Positions 37,641 through 51,229 are shown, counted from the stretch's first letter. The stretch: 64,000 nucleotides of DNA from Gekko japonicus (GCF_001447785.1 NW_015161963.1:124001-188000); one strand, 5' to 3'. Numbers and translations: made by a program. Notes: generated from the letters alone by a model not told the origin.

Positions 37641-37846
37641 CAGCTTAGTATCTGAAACGGAGCCAGATCCAGCTGAACACAGACCAGGGGAAGAGGCTTG
37701 GTGCAGGATGGTTTGAGTGGTCACAATGGAATTGTTCCCCCCATGTTGGTTGCCATTAGATGAATCCGTCTCACTGACAGGCTGCTGATTGTACCTCATG
37801 CCCGAATCAGAAAAGGAGAGGCTTTGTTGCTGCAGGGGAGCTTGAT
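37641..37846 (-). CDS. HNF1A: HNF1A exon 5 (206 nt, apparently 5'-extended by 45 nt)
   Basis: cttttgtttttag|ATCAAGCT...ACTAAGCTG|gtgagt; GMRYNQQ..TILHQ..DTKL matches exon 5; phase 1 to phase 0. The acceptor choice is inferred. Confidence 0.82.
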
Positions 37847-37960
37847 CTAAAAACAAAAGATAAAGAAAAAGAGTTGGGGAGTATTTTCAACCATTTGTGT
37901 TTCTGTGGATGACATTGGATTCCTATCTCAGAGATCCCTAATGTGATCTTGGGGGCAGTT

Positions 37961-38468
37961 CAGGCCCATAGCAAGGATTTTGTGGGGCAAAAAAAAATTC
38001 TGATGGGACTGAAGTTCTTAGTGCAGGGGGAAAAGCCATTTAGCCAATAAGAACAGTTACCAGGATAGATCTCTAAATTGCAAGCTGTCAACCACTTTAG
38101 ATGACAGTTCTCAGCTGCTGCAAGCTAATCACTTCTGCCAGCCTAAGCAACAATTCTGATAACAAGCCAGTAGGTGGGGGTGATGACTTCTATAGTCAAG
38201 AAAGCTAACACTTAGGCAGAAAAACTCTCTCAAAGGAGACCAGTTTCTTGACACAAAGAAGGGATCCTAGAGGTCACCTACTCCAACCCCCTTGCTTAGT
38301 GCAGGAATTAGTCAGCTACAGCACCCCACTCTGCTTAAAGGAGTGCACGCCTTTAAAAATGTTTTTAAATGATTGAAAAAAACATTTGCAGGAGAAATTT
38401 TTGTGGGGCTGTGCCTTTAAAAAAGGGGGCGGAGCCCAAAAGCCTCCCCCCCCATAGCTATGGGCCTG
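37961..38468. mobile_element. hAT-like MITE
   Basis: Perfect 12-bp TIRs CAGGCCCATAGC / GCTATGGGCCTG; decayed TSD (GGGCAGTT / AGGCAGCA). Confidence 0.7.
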
Positions 38469-38561
38469 AGGCAGCAGTTGCTTTTCACTGGTGACTGGCC
38501 AAAAGCCAAGCCTTTTCAAAAGCAGCCCTGTTTGCACTGGTTTGGGGCCTCATATGTACAT

Positions 38562-38763
38562 ATGAAGCTGCCTTGTACTGAATCAGACCCTTAGTCTATC
38601 AAGGTCAGTGTTGTCTACTCAGACTGGCAGCAGTGCTCTAGAGTCTCAAGCAGAGGTCTTTCACATTACTTACTACCTGATCCTTTTAACTGGAGATGCC
38701 AATGACCGAACATGGGACCTTCTGCATGCCAAGCAGATACTCCACCACTGAGCCACCGCCCCC
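38562..38763 (-). mobile_element. tRNA(Ala)-headed SINE
   Basis: Reverse-complement copy of the 34966/55821 family. Confidence 0.7.
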
Positions 38764-39331
38764 TCCCTGCAGCCAGTCTCAGAGTAAGGATGTGGAAATA
38801 TCAGTGAATTTCCCCACCCAACTTTTGGCAGTGAGGGCAGTTTGCACTATAATGTTGAACTGCTAAGGTTCAGGGCTAAGTGAACAGGAAGTTACTCATC
38901 CAGCCAGCCCTAGAGCTCAGCAGTGTCATGTTATCATGCAGTTGGGGGCGGTCCTCATTGTGTATATTTCCTTTGATTAAAGGGAAGCAAACAAACCTGC
39001 CCAAGCCCACAAAGTCTGAGAAGCAGTGTGACTTCAGACTTGGACTAGAGAGCTCAAGGTTCAAATCTTCATTCAGCCATGAATCTCACAGGGTGAGCAT
39101 GGGCCAGCTAAACCCTTCCAGCAGAGCTGCTGTGAGAGATGTGGGAACCATATATAACACTGTAGAGCTCCAAATGAGATAGAATCAACATTTCTTGGTA
39201 CAGGTCTTTTTGTAACACAGCACTCTTTTTGGTTGATTATTTTCCCCTGCCACTTCCATCCACTGTATGTAAAAACAGCCTCAGGACCCCAGCACCAAAG
39301 AGTTCCAATTTTCTCCATGCTTGGTGCTCAC

Positions 39332-39570
39332 CGTGGACCTTGTTTGGCGAGAGAGGTGCAGCTGGTTGGAGGGAGGATGAGCTGTGCGCAGTCAAGGTGG
39401 GAGCAGAGTTGGGCTGTGAGCCGCTATAGCTGTCCATGGCTAGCTTGTGCCGGAAAGCCTCCTCCTTCCGTCGGTTGGCAAACCAATTGTAAACTCTCAC
39501 TTCAGTCACCAGGTTTGAGCCCAGCCCTTGGGCCTGGGAAGGGGAGACACCTCGCTGAATGCACTCTGCC
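39332..39570 (-). CDS. HNF1A: HNF1A exon 4 (239 nt), homeodomain helix 3
   Basis: cttggcag|[46 protein letters not shown]...NKVH|gtgagc. Confidence 0.98.
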
Positions 39571-39932
39571 CTGCCAAGAAAGGCCATAGATGTGTCATTT
39601 TAGCACTCTGTGAGGCAAAGCCATTTCCTCTGGAATAGCCTCAGTCAAGTCAAAGGAAATGTGATCACTGCTGAATTCCAAGAATTGGTAGGCCCGGCCT
39701 TCTCTTCAAGGTGATAGAGAGAACTTTTACATACGTTTATCACCTCACCTTCCTTTCCAAATCCTATAACTGGGGAATGCCAGGTGATCTCTTGAACACT
39801 CATTGGGGTCCTTGGTAGAAGATGGCAAAGAAGCTTCCCTGAAAGAGCTTCACTGCCACTTCCAATCTGGATGAGGCCTATGCTATTTCATACAGGATGA
39901 TGTGACTGTCTATCCTGACTGAACTGAGATTA

Positions 39933-40257
39933 AGGGCCAAACTTCATGACAGTATCTTCATGGCCACCACAGGAGCACCACCACCACTGCCATTTTAAGT
40001 GATTTTAAAACGCCATAAGGGCCTAATCCTGATCAAGCCCACAGCATGGTGGGCGGAGGCATTTTGTCACTCCCCTCCCTGCACCTTATCAAGTGTCAAA
40101 AGCCCCCCCCCCACAACTGTTTTGGCACTTTGAAATGCAAGGGGAAGCAAGCACCACACTGTGGGCTTGATCTCCCTTGACACATTTTAATCACTTTAAA
40201 ATGGCAGCAGTGTTTCTATGACAGCCACAAGGATGCCATCACATCTAGTTTGGCCCT
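39933..40257. mobile_element. Palindromic MITE (PIF/Harbinger-like)
   Basis: TIRs AGGGCCAAACT / AGTTTGGCCCT with internal inverted blocks (GATCAAGCCCACAG / CTGTGGGCTTGATC). Confidence 0.65.
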
Positions 40258-41519
40258 CCGCCTCAGCAGTACAGTTTACCACATCCTCAGTTACAAGGTG
40301 ACTTCTAGCATGAGTGCTTGCCATTGTGTTGATTGTTGCAAACATTAATCAGCAGCACATGGTATGACTATTTTAACTTTTCCATTGGATGTCTCTGCTC
40401 TCCCTGAAGCTCCAGAGGCATCTTATAAACCGTTGCTAATTTTTTATGAAAAAGGCAATATTTTAGAAGGAGAACCATGGACATAGATGGCTAGTAGTCC
40501 CCATTCTCTCAGGTGGAAGTGGAACTCTACAGTGGAAGGTACCAAAAAATCTTGTTCTCTCTCAGCACAATCTAAACATTCAGAATGCCACTGGCTAAAA
40601 ATATCACATAAAATCATACTGGAATTCTTGAAATGGGTTCTGGAGATAGCAAGCTTCAAACTCAACAAGCATATGTTAATGCTTCTGAACAAATATGGCA
40701 ATGTGAAAATGGAAATCTCCTTGTGACTAGTGTGTCATTTAGACTAGCCTTCTATGTGACCTAGAATCCTCTGTAATATGTAGAAAAATCAATGTGGAAA
40801 TAAGTAGACAGTCTGCCAATTATTACAATATGTGTTCTGCTGGTCTTTTCTTCCACTGTCACTTCCCCCTCTTCTCATTATTCAGTTACACATTCCTGAA
40901 CACCTCTTTTTTCTGAACAGGTTCTGAGCTAGGGAGAGCTTCATGGGAACTCAGCAACATGACAAGCTGCTCTCAGACTCTATGACAGCTGGTACCTCCA
41001 CTGGATGAATTATAGGCTAATAATAAGTGGTTTGATCGCTATGCAGTTGGAGTTCTAGCTCTTAGTCTGGGCCTCAGTACCAATTTAGGCTTAGGCCTAA
41101 ATGAGTGCAGCATTGTTGTACTGAGTAAGAAATTGGCCCACTTCACTCAAAACCAAGACTGTACTTTCTTAACATGCACTAAAAATACCGTGTAGACAGG
41201 GTTAGCCCAACAAACTTTAATGTGTAAAATCCACTTTGCATACCTTTCTCCACTAATTAGCACAGAATACTAACGTAGCAATAGGTTGTAGACTCCCTGT
41301 TGGGCAAGACCAAAGTTCCTTCTAGCCCAGCATCTTGTTTCTGCCAGGCAGATGCTAATGGGAAACCCATAAATAAGGCATGAAAACAATAGCTCTTGTT
41401 GCTTATCTCTGGTGTCTGCCATTCAGAGGTATAACACCTCTGAACATGGAGGTTCCATTCCACTATCATGGGTAATTGCTGTTTTTTCTCTTTGCCCTGT
41501 TGCATTGTCCCCCAATCAC

Positions 41520-41706
41520 CTATTGCACTCCTCCACCAATGCTTCTCGTTCCTCTTTGCTAGGATTCTTCTGTCTCTCATAGGCTTGAAAGAGGATTTGT
41601 TGTGAAGCTGGGCCCCACTTGAAGCGATTCCTTCTCCCTTTCTTGGTCGGTAGGTCATCTCCCATGGAGTCTTCCACCATGATACCCTGGCCGGCATGTG
41701 TAAATT
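41520..41706 (-). CDS. HNF1A: HNF1A exon 3 (187 nt), NLS and start of homeodomain
   Basis: gttccag|FTHAGQG...[43 protein letters not shown]|gtgatt. Confidence 0.98.
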
Positions 41707-42467
41707 CTGGAACCGCAAAGGAAAAGGATGTTATTTAATGTATTTTCATCTCCTGGAAGCCATGTCTTCCGCAAAATCCATGTGGGAGAAAGTTAAACTA
41801 TAATTTGATGTACATTGATTAGGTATTTTACATTGTATATTTCCTGAAATATTTTTCTCCTGCAAAGGAAACAAAAATTGGACAATCAGGAAGCAAAATG
41901 GGGCACATTCTCATCTTCTGGACCCACAGTTTGTTGTTTTTAATTAAAACTGAAGGCATGCTTCACTCTTGCATCTAGAATGCCAGAGTGGGGCTTTACA
42001 GCCTGTCTTCTGCTGTTTCTGTATATTATGCTGTTCATGGTGTATGCCGTCAGATTGGATGACTCCTGATCAGAGGACTGATGGAGAGATTTGGTAGGCA
42101 GCTTCATTTAAGAATGGGTACCTCTGCTCTGTCTTTGCCTCAGGAATAAGTGAGTGATCTTCAATGGAAGCAGATTGAAAGGAGGCAAAGCCAGAGTAGT
42201 GAATCATACAAAGATGCAGTGGGCAGCTTCCTTTGAAGATTCACAAGAGTGTTCACTTATTTGATTGCTCATAGCAGAGAAGCAGTACTCTCACAGCATG
42301 TTAGTATGCCCCTGTGCATAGTTCTGGTCTGGAACTGCTGGCTTAGAGCAAGTTTTGGGATACATGTTTTTCCCACACGGCTAAGGCTATCTGCTCTGCT
42401 CTTGAGCCCACAGTACAGAGAGGCGTATACCCAAATCCCTTGGGATGGGACAAACGATGTTGGGTCA

Positions 42468-42797
<330 letters not shown>

Positions 42798-45199
42798 TCA
42801 AAGAGGTGATTGTTTTCTATCAATCCTGAGAGGTGCAAAATACCAACCAACCAACCATTTTCTTGTACATAGTACAATAAAAGATAGGACCAGTAAAAGC
42901 TGACAATAAAAATGGTTAACTTCTTCATCTTTAGTGGTCCTGCCTGGTGGTAAAGATGTATTAGAGTCAAGTGTCTAAAACAGTAGAAGAAAAATTAAGG
43001 ATAAAATTACAAACTGGCCCAAAATGTATTTTATTAGGCATGGTTTCCAGAAGCTACAAACCAGAAAGAAAGGAATTGGTGAGAAACTTGCTAGTTGCTG
43101 TTAGATTAACTGTGGTACAAAACTGGAAAAACAATAACGTTTCCTGATTCAAATGTTGGGATTCGTAAAGCTGATAACTGCAATTAAAAATTATGGCTGG
43201 GAAGAGAAAAGTTAAAATTTGGCAGCTATTTATTATTTACCGGAATAAAATTAAGCCAGATGAAAATGTGAGAGAATAAATCCTGAGATATTTAAAAACG
43301 GACTAGAAATTACATTGAATTGTTATAGTTATTTATAATATATTTTGTATCTGTACTTTAGTAAATATTCTTGTATTTTGTATTCTAGTTGACTAAAAAT
43401 GCTTTTTAAAAAGTTTAGTTCCTTATAGTGTTCTACATGCTGCTTTTCTTTTAGGGGCCATTAGTGCCTCTTTAAGTGTCAAATCTCTCACTGCCAGATA
43501 GATCAGGTTTCACATCAGAGAAATCTCCCTATTGAGGTTGATTGTCAGGCTCAGAACTTGCTATTGGCTTAAGTCCTGAAATACCTTCATGTTTTCTTCT
43601 TGCTAACTGCCTGAAGGACTTGACCCTTTTGTTGTTATTTCTCAGTAGGTTTTTGAAATGTTGTCCAAGGCACAGTTTAGTCACAGATTTCTAGACACTG
43701 TGGGTTCTGACTGATGTGGTCTGGGTGGTCTCACACACTTGTCACTCAAGTAATTACTTGGGAAGGGAGTGGTGACCTTGTATCATGACAAAGCCAACCA
43801 TATTGGGGCTGAGCAACTCTGTGCTTAAGTAATGAGTTGTTCCAACTGAGGAGACCAAGTAAAAATCACCAGTTTTAATGGGCTGACTAGAATTTCGTTG
43901 ACATCTTGTGTCATTTGTTTCCTGCTGAGCTAATAGTTGCAATACCAACCTCTGTCCATTTCCAGTGATGGCACTAAAAAGCAGCAGAGAGTAGACGACA
44001 GCTCCCTTTTCTGCCAGTGTCCTTGATTCAAGTCCTATGGTACCTTACAAAGGCTGTCCCATAGCTTCCACAAACAGGGATTAGGCACATAGTTTCTGTG
44101 AATACTTAAATCCATATATTGGGGGCATGGATAGACAAGACACGTATTTCTATAAACCTGAGAAAAGTCCCTGGTTTGCAGATAAATCTGAACTTAAATA
44201 AATAAATAAATAGATTTTTAATACCGCCAAACTTATAAAAGGAGTGCCTGTAGCTTTAAGAAGTGGATGCCCTCAGTAGCCATTGCTAGGCAACCACAAC
44301 ATATTGCTAGCATTCCAGGAGGCAGGGCCCTTTTGGTGTTTGAGGGGGGACTCATCAGGACCAGGGCTAGCAGCCGCCCCCCCGGGTGACTTGATACTAC
44401 ACAGCTTGCATGACTCATCCAGGCCTTGCTGCTTGCTACTGTTCAACAGCACCCACCTCATGAAAGCTAGTAGGGGTTGATGGTTAGAGTTTCAGACTAG
44501 GATCTGAGAGACAAGAGTCACATCCCCACTCATGCCATGGAAGCTTACTGGTTGACTTTGGGTTAGTCACCCACTCTCAGCCTAACCTACACTGCAGGGT
44601 TGTTGTGAGGATAAAATGGAGGAGAGGAGAATGATGTAAGCTGCTTTGAATCCCCATTGTGGAGAAAGGTGGAATATAAATTAAGTAAATAAATCATAAA
44701 TATAGCTGAAGGGGGGGGGGTCAGATAAAATATAGGTGAGGATGAGGAGCTGCCAGAAGGTGGGGAGTAGGAAATAAGTGTGTGGAGGGAATACAGTGGA
44801 AAGTGAGTTCTTGCAGGTTTCCCACCACACAACTGGGTTCAGCTCAGCCAGTACCACACAACTTGGACAGAGTTTTCCCAGGGAGAGGCTGCCAGGGGGA
44901 GGGAAAGCTGAAGACAAGGCAGGTAAAGGTAGGTTGATTGGTAAGTGAGAAGAAAACAGAGAAATGGGAGAGGCTATGGGGGCTGCCAGGGAAGGATAAG
45001 AGGAAATGCAGGGGAGGGGGAAATTAGATGCCCCCTTGCAGGTCTCCTGCTTGTAGCATTCTCAGCATTTAGACAAGGCATATGTGGCAAGAGCTTTGAA
45101 CAATTGTAAGCCAAAGATTCAATGTGACACTTCCAACTACTTTTGATATCCGTAACTCTGTCCTTAAGGTTTACATTTTTCCCCCTCTTTAAAATTTAT

Positions 45200-45224
45200 G
45201 GTGTGTGTGTGTGTGTGTGTGTGT
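45200..45224 (+). repeat. (TG)n microsatellite
   Basis: Directly visible. Confidence 0.9.
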
Positions 45225-45527
45225 TACAGAACATCTAGCTTCTAGATAACTTTAGCAGCATGCCTTTTTCCTGTGGAATGCCCAAGCAGCTGATGGGGCA
45301 TTTGAGTTTCTTGCTCTAGCGCTCCCTATCTATTTCTTTTACTAATCCACCTATCTGTTTCATTTACTGGCTTAGCAAGTTTTGTTTTTTAATTAAAAGT
45401 AGTTTTCAGAACAGCAATAGCTACAAATTGATGGGCTTGAAAATGGGGGATGGAAGGAACTGAAGCAAAGTGTTATGCTGGGAAGCTTGGGCAACAACTC
45501 CAAAGTCTTCAAACATAGCCATTAATG

Positions 45528-45540
45528 AGGGCAAAGTCCA
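45528..45540 (+). promoter_or_regulatory. Candidate HNF4 DR1 site in HNF1A intron 1
   Basis: AGGGCAAAGTCCA matches the HNF4 consensus. Confidence 0.5.
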
Positions 45541-48500
45541 CACCTGCTGGCTCTGCTCAAACACCTTTATCTCTCTTACTCATGCAGCCGGGTTTTTCCA
45601 TAGCAGTTAACCAGCTCTACTGGGTTCCACTTTCCATTATCTTGTTGATTTCAAAAGGCCTTCCTGGATCTAACTGTAGACCTGAGGTGCTGTTCTTTCT
45701 TGTTCTTTTTAACCTACTGGAATATAATATCATAATGTATTCTTTTCTTGGGGTACATGTCACTCAAGGTCCCCATAGTAGTGTGTATATTCAAGAGAGG
45801 CTGGGCCCGGGCGGAGGAGAGGGGCGAGGGGCGCAGGCGGTGAGTAGCCTCCCCCTTTAAAAAAAAAAAAACCCGCTGGGGAGAGGCCAAAAAAAATCAA
45901 AGCACCCCCTCCCCCACCCCCATTATATCCCCCCTCCAGCCCCCACTTTCAGGTTCTTTTGCATTCCGTGACTCTTTTCCCTTCTCCCTCCTCCACGAGT
46001 CGAGTTCCCTTTTTGGGGAAGGCCCGTCGCCCGCTAGTGAAGCATCTGCTTTTTGCTTCGGATGCGGGAATGTATCGCGTTCAGTGTCCCCCCCCCCACA
46101 GTATCTCCAGTTTAAAAATAGGTTTGGACGGTCATGGGAAAGGGAAGCGGGGTCGGTATAAATGGGAAAGATCTGCACCTTGAGACCCTAGAGAGAAGTT
46201 GGCAGTTGGAGAAAACCACTCTGACCTTGATGGACTGATGGGGGGAGGCGGGGTCTGATTCAGTGTAAGGCAGCTTTGTGGGTGGGTGGGTGGGTGGGAA
46301 AGCCCTCCACCCAAGACCCTAGGGAGACATTGCCTGTTAGAGTAAACAGTCCTATTAATGATTATCCTGCAGCAGTGTGTGTGGTATAGCCAGGAGATCC
46401 TAAGATTGCTTGGTGCTTGGGCGGGGTCAACAGTGGGAGGGCTTCTAATGTCCTGGCCCCACTGGTGGACCTCCTGATGGCACCTGGTATTTCTAGCCAC
46501 TGTGTGACACTGTGGACTGGATGGGCCTTTGGCCTGATCCAACATTGGCGTCTCTTAAGATGCTCTGTTTTGCACATCACATACAAGATCAAAAGGCAGG
46601 CCTTTCCCACCATCTCAATGCACATTTATGGGTGAGGGAGGCTTGTAACCCATCAACATCACATCTGGGCGGGGACTTAGGTTGGATGGACTAATGCAGA
46701 ATACAAAGGTAGCACTAGCTCATTAGAGCCCCCATAACCTGGAACAGGCAAGATGTGCTGATTTGGGCTGCCTGGGAGGCTCTGTGCAAAGTGAAACTGG
46801 TGATCCTTGAATGGTCTTGGGGCCCAAGCAGATGCCTGACCTTGCCACACTCTGGAACCAGCTCCATACAGGTGTATAAGTGGCTACGCCCAGCCTTCTT
46901 TTTTTTGGAGGGGGGGCTATTCTGCAATGAGAGAAATTTCTAAGGTCAGGGATAAACGTTATAGTGTGAATTATGTCACCCTAAATGCTTGTCCTGCTGC
47001 ACGTGCTGGCAATTTGTGTTTCAGTTGGCTTCTCAAGACTCTGAAAGGTCAACGCAGCAGCAATCACAAACACCCCAGCCAGGGTCTGGGAATAATGGAA
47101 GTACACCTAGTCTTGAGAGACAAGGAGGGGACAGAGCTGACTTTGGTAGACCCAACTGGGCAGGAACTGAGGGTCAAGGAGGTGGGGCCAGAAGGGGAGA
47201 ATAAAATAACCTTGTTTCTCTAGGCAAATGATATAGGCCTCCTCTAATGAAGAGTACAGAGGGAGATGGGGACCTGGTGAAGTAAGCCAGATTGCATCCT
47301 TGTTCTTGGGTTGTAGAGGTAACGGAGCTGCATAGAGCCAGATCTATAAGGGATGTCATCACGCTGCACTGGAGAGTCACAATGGAGTCTATATAGTGGT
47401 ACAGACTTTACAGTGTGGCTCCACTGAGACCTTCTGTGTAATAGTTTTAGGTTACCCAACCCAACCCTCCTGGCCCTTGAGAGTGGTCTCTGCATCAACC
47501 TGTCATCTTCTGGGCATGGAACAGTGGTCATTGTGGGTGTGGAGGGGGAGGTATTTGTGAATTTCCTGCCTTGTGCAGGGGGTTGGACTAGATGACCCTG
47601 GAGATCCCTTCCAACTCTGATTCTATTATTCTAACCTGATATAACTGCCTGGAAGCAAGGGTGGATGTAGGAAGGTGACCAGCTTGCAAATGTGCCCCCA
47701 TATCTTAACGGACATCCCAGTCATCCTGGCATAGCCCATAACAAAGCTATTTGGGGTGGTAATATTAGGTAATGACACTGAAGCAGCCATGTGCGCCCAC
47801 TCTGGACATGTGCTTCAGAGTTCCTCGGAATATTACAGCAGATTCAAGATCAGGTAGTGCAGTGGTTTGGACCAGCCCTGATCTGGAGATGTGGCAATAT
47901 GGGGGAAAGGAGACAGGTATTCATTGAAATACTGCCTAATGAAATAACAAAATTGAGACAGTTTCTCAATGTTGTTATACCAAGCACTAACTTTAAAAGT
48001 GCCATCTGTTAATATTAAGATATCTTTGTTGTAATACACAAGGCACTGAGCTCAGAGATCAGAAGAAGAAGAAGAAATAATGTAAGTGATATGCAGGCTT
48101 CTCCCCAGCACACACACACATGCCTGTTGCCCTGTCCGGGGCTGGTCCAGCCAAGCCATGCAAGAGGGCTAGTATGGATTAAGAATCTCTTTCCTCCCTT
48201 ATCTCCCCTGGTGCCTTGATTGGGGTTTTTTGTGACGCATCTCAGTGCAGCCTGGAAATGTAGTCTCAGGTATCTGACATTAGGCACAAAATCTTGAATG
48301 CTTCAAGAAGGGCACCCAAGACACCAGGGGAGGAAGAGAAGTTTTGAGTGAGAGATTCTCCTTTGCCTGGTTGGGTTTGAGGAAATGGCCCTGGCATGAA
48401 CTCCAGTCTTTATAGTAAGGAAATGGGAACAACAACCAAAAAAACCCCAAAGAAAGGAAACTAATAATTCATTAAAATTGGGTACCAAACCCAAAGTTTT

Positions 48501-49933
48501 AAAAATGGAAACATAAAATGTTCTTTTGTGTGTACTTAGCAGGTAATATGAATGAAATGTGAATCCAAATGCTACAAACTGCATGCTGATTTTATATTTT
48601 GTACTTAAGGTTTGTGAAGCTATCGCTGAAGCCTAAAACCAACTCTCTGCTACCTGAGTGAAGAAGCACCTATACTAGTAGCACACTCCCACCCATCCCT
48701 GTCCTCGATCTACTGTCTTCAGCTCCCCTAAGCAATGATCATGGATGGTTCTCAGGAACATCCATTTTCAGGCTTCTCTATTTGCTATGTTCTGAGGTTG
48801 CTTTTTAAGGTCTTTCTCACCTCCCTTTTGTTACCTGAACAATAAGTAACCCAGGTAGTTAGTTATAAACTCAAAGGGAACAAGAGCCTGGTTGATAATT
48901 TATAGCAGCATCTCAAATTTAAATGGAAAGTAAATATCAAGTTGTTAGCATTAAAAGAAAGCCCAATCCTGAGAACTGGGAAGGCAACATTGGGGTGGGG
49001 TGGGGTCCTTTCTCAGTCTTCCATCAGTAATTATCTTTTCTCCCCCTAAATGTCCTCCTTTGTCTTCATTCTCTACACTCCCTTTCCACCACCATTTCTC
49101 TTCTCTCACTGGGTAATATGGTACTGCTTAAACTCCCTTTCTTAGTACAGAAAGGACCTTTGATCCCTTTTAAAACTTATTTGGAATTCCTGCATTGGAC
49201 CAAAGCTGGACCTGGAAAATTAGGACCATGACTACCACTACTCCTGATCTTTGACCCTCGAAGCTATATCTGTTGTTAATTTCACTGAATAAATGGGACC
49301 TGGAAGGGACAGAAAGAAAGAAAGGTAAGAATCATCTCCAGCTATGTTTGACTCTGTTGAATTTGGCCCTGTTTGGCTCAGGCTGGCCTATGTGCCCAGT
49401 GAAGCAATAGATGTGATGTTGCAATTTCATTTCAGGGATCCAAAAAGCACTGATTAGTAAAATGGCTGGGGCATTTCAGTTGTAAATTTATCCTCCTTGC
49501 TTCTCCTCTCCCCCAGATCCTGCCTCCCAGAATAAATACTTGTAACTCTAATTTATCTCTTGAAATACTCTCTGTCTACTCTTGAAAGAAAATGCTGGAC
49601 ATTTCCTTGAGGGAATAACAATGTTAATGCTGAAAGGGTTTTCATTGGTGGTGATAAACTATCTATTTTAATTCCCCACATTTAGAAATTAAACAACAAC
49701 AAAAATAGTGGTTGGAAAAGGTGTGTATAGTAAAATGGCTGCTTTTTATTTCACAGCAGATTTCAGAATTTGTGCTATCAAAAAAAAAGAGAACCCAACA
49801 CTTTTAATACTGGCCCTCTCTACTGATAGAACCCTGCGCATGAGAGCTTCACCCCTAACATACTGAATGCTCCCTTGTGGAAGCACATTATAGGAAAGAT
49901 GAGAAATTGACAAGTTACTGATCTTCTGGTAGT

Positions 49934-49998
49934 AGTTGTTGTTGTTCAGTCGCACAGTCCAGTCCGACTCTTTGCGACCCCATGGGCCACATCACGCC
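49934..49998 (-). mobile_element. BovB extreme 3' stub
   Basis: (GTT)n CAGTCGCACAGTCCAGTCCGACTCTTTGCGACCCCATGG; a similar stub lies at 51641-51690. Confidence 0.75.
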
Positions 49999-51229
49999 AC
50001 TTCCAAAACAGATTAGCAGCATTCATAGGGGACACATTACCCCCCACCCCATTGGAGACTAAAGTCAGTTTCAGTTGTGAAGGTGCTTTAATGCCACACC
50101 AGCGGTTAGCTTTATGCCCCTCACCAATGAAATGCTGTCTTCACTCTTTTCTCAATAACCTTCTGATAAGCAGAAGTTTGATTGCTGCTCCCTGGTCCTC
50201 CCTGTGAAGAGAATGGCACCTCTTCGCTACACCCTGCTGGGACTAGCTTTCCTTTCCTTTGTGGGTCAAAGCACTCCTGTTCTTCTCAGGGAGGGGGTGA
50301 GGAGAGGAGCTTCTCAGCTGCAAAGCCTGCTTTGATCCTTTCAGCATTATCAGTAGACTTTCTAGGCCAAAGTCTAAACTGTTTCTGCAGGCTGAGTGAA
50401 CTAATGGTATGGAACTGAGCACATGTCTACTCTCTTCCTGTCTGTGGGTTACAATATGGTTAGCTACAGAATATAAAAGCTCATGGTTGTAATCCTGGGG
50501 TAGCTATACTGTGAGAGGAAGCAAAAAGCAGTGAATTTGGGGTGTCATGAAGGACAGAAAAATTAGGGGAGCTGGAAATGCTTCTGTCCCCTTGTTTATT
50601 TCAGTGGGCCGTGTGCACAAGTATTTTCTGTTGGACTGTGTCAATTCTAAAACCCATGAAACATCTGATATGTCCCCACCAAACTATGTAAATCTTCAAT
50701 AAATAAAGGGAATTATTATTATTATTATATTGAAAACTGCCAAAAATATGAGCCAATAATATTAGTATTCTCCATTGTAACTGGTTCTCAAGCTCCATGT
50801 GTCACAGTGATGGTAGTTTGCATTTTGACGTTGGCCATTTCCACATGGGTGATTAGTCCTGGACTTGACACTGTTGGAAAATATTTTTTCTCCCTCATTA
50901 ATGCAGCTCTCAGGATTTTACTGGCCTTTCTCCAATCATTCGCAAACCTACTTTCCTGCAAAATTTTGGAAAATATCACAGCAGAGCCTGGATGGCTAGC
51001 ATGTGGGTGGGGAAGTTTCAGATTTCCCCCCACCCACAATAGCAGCCATTTTCTCGGTCCCTGCAGTAGCCATTTCCTCCCCCCGCCACTTAGGCAGTGG
51101 TGATTGTTGTTGTTTTGAAATTAGCTGTTGAATTTTGTTATATCAATATGTTATAATGTTCTGTGTACCAGGTTTTGTGAGCTCCTAGCTTTCATTTTTT
51201 AAAAATCAGTCTTTAACCCCTTTAGTGGG

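Noticed and set aside
41257-41718. 153-aa ORF overlapping HNF1A exon 3
   Set aside because: Alternative frame of the exon running into a CR1 fragment; no independent support.
44700-45055. Purine-rich segment, possible Helitron-like remnant
   Set aside because: Termini not identifiable with confidence.
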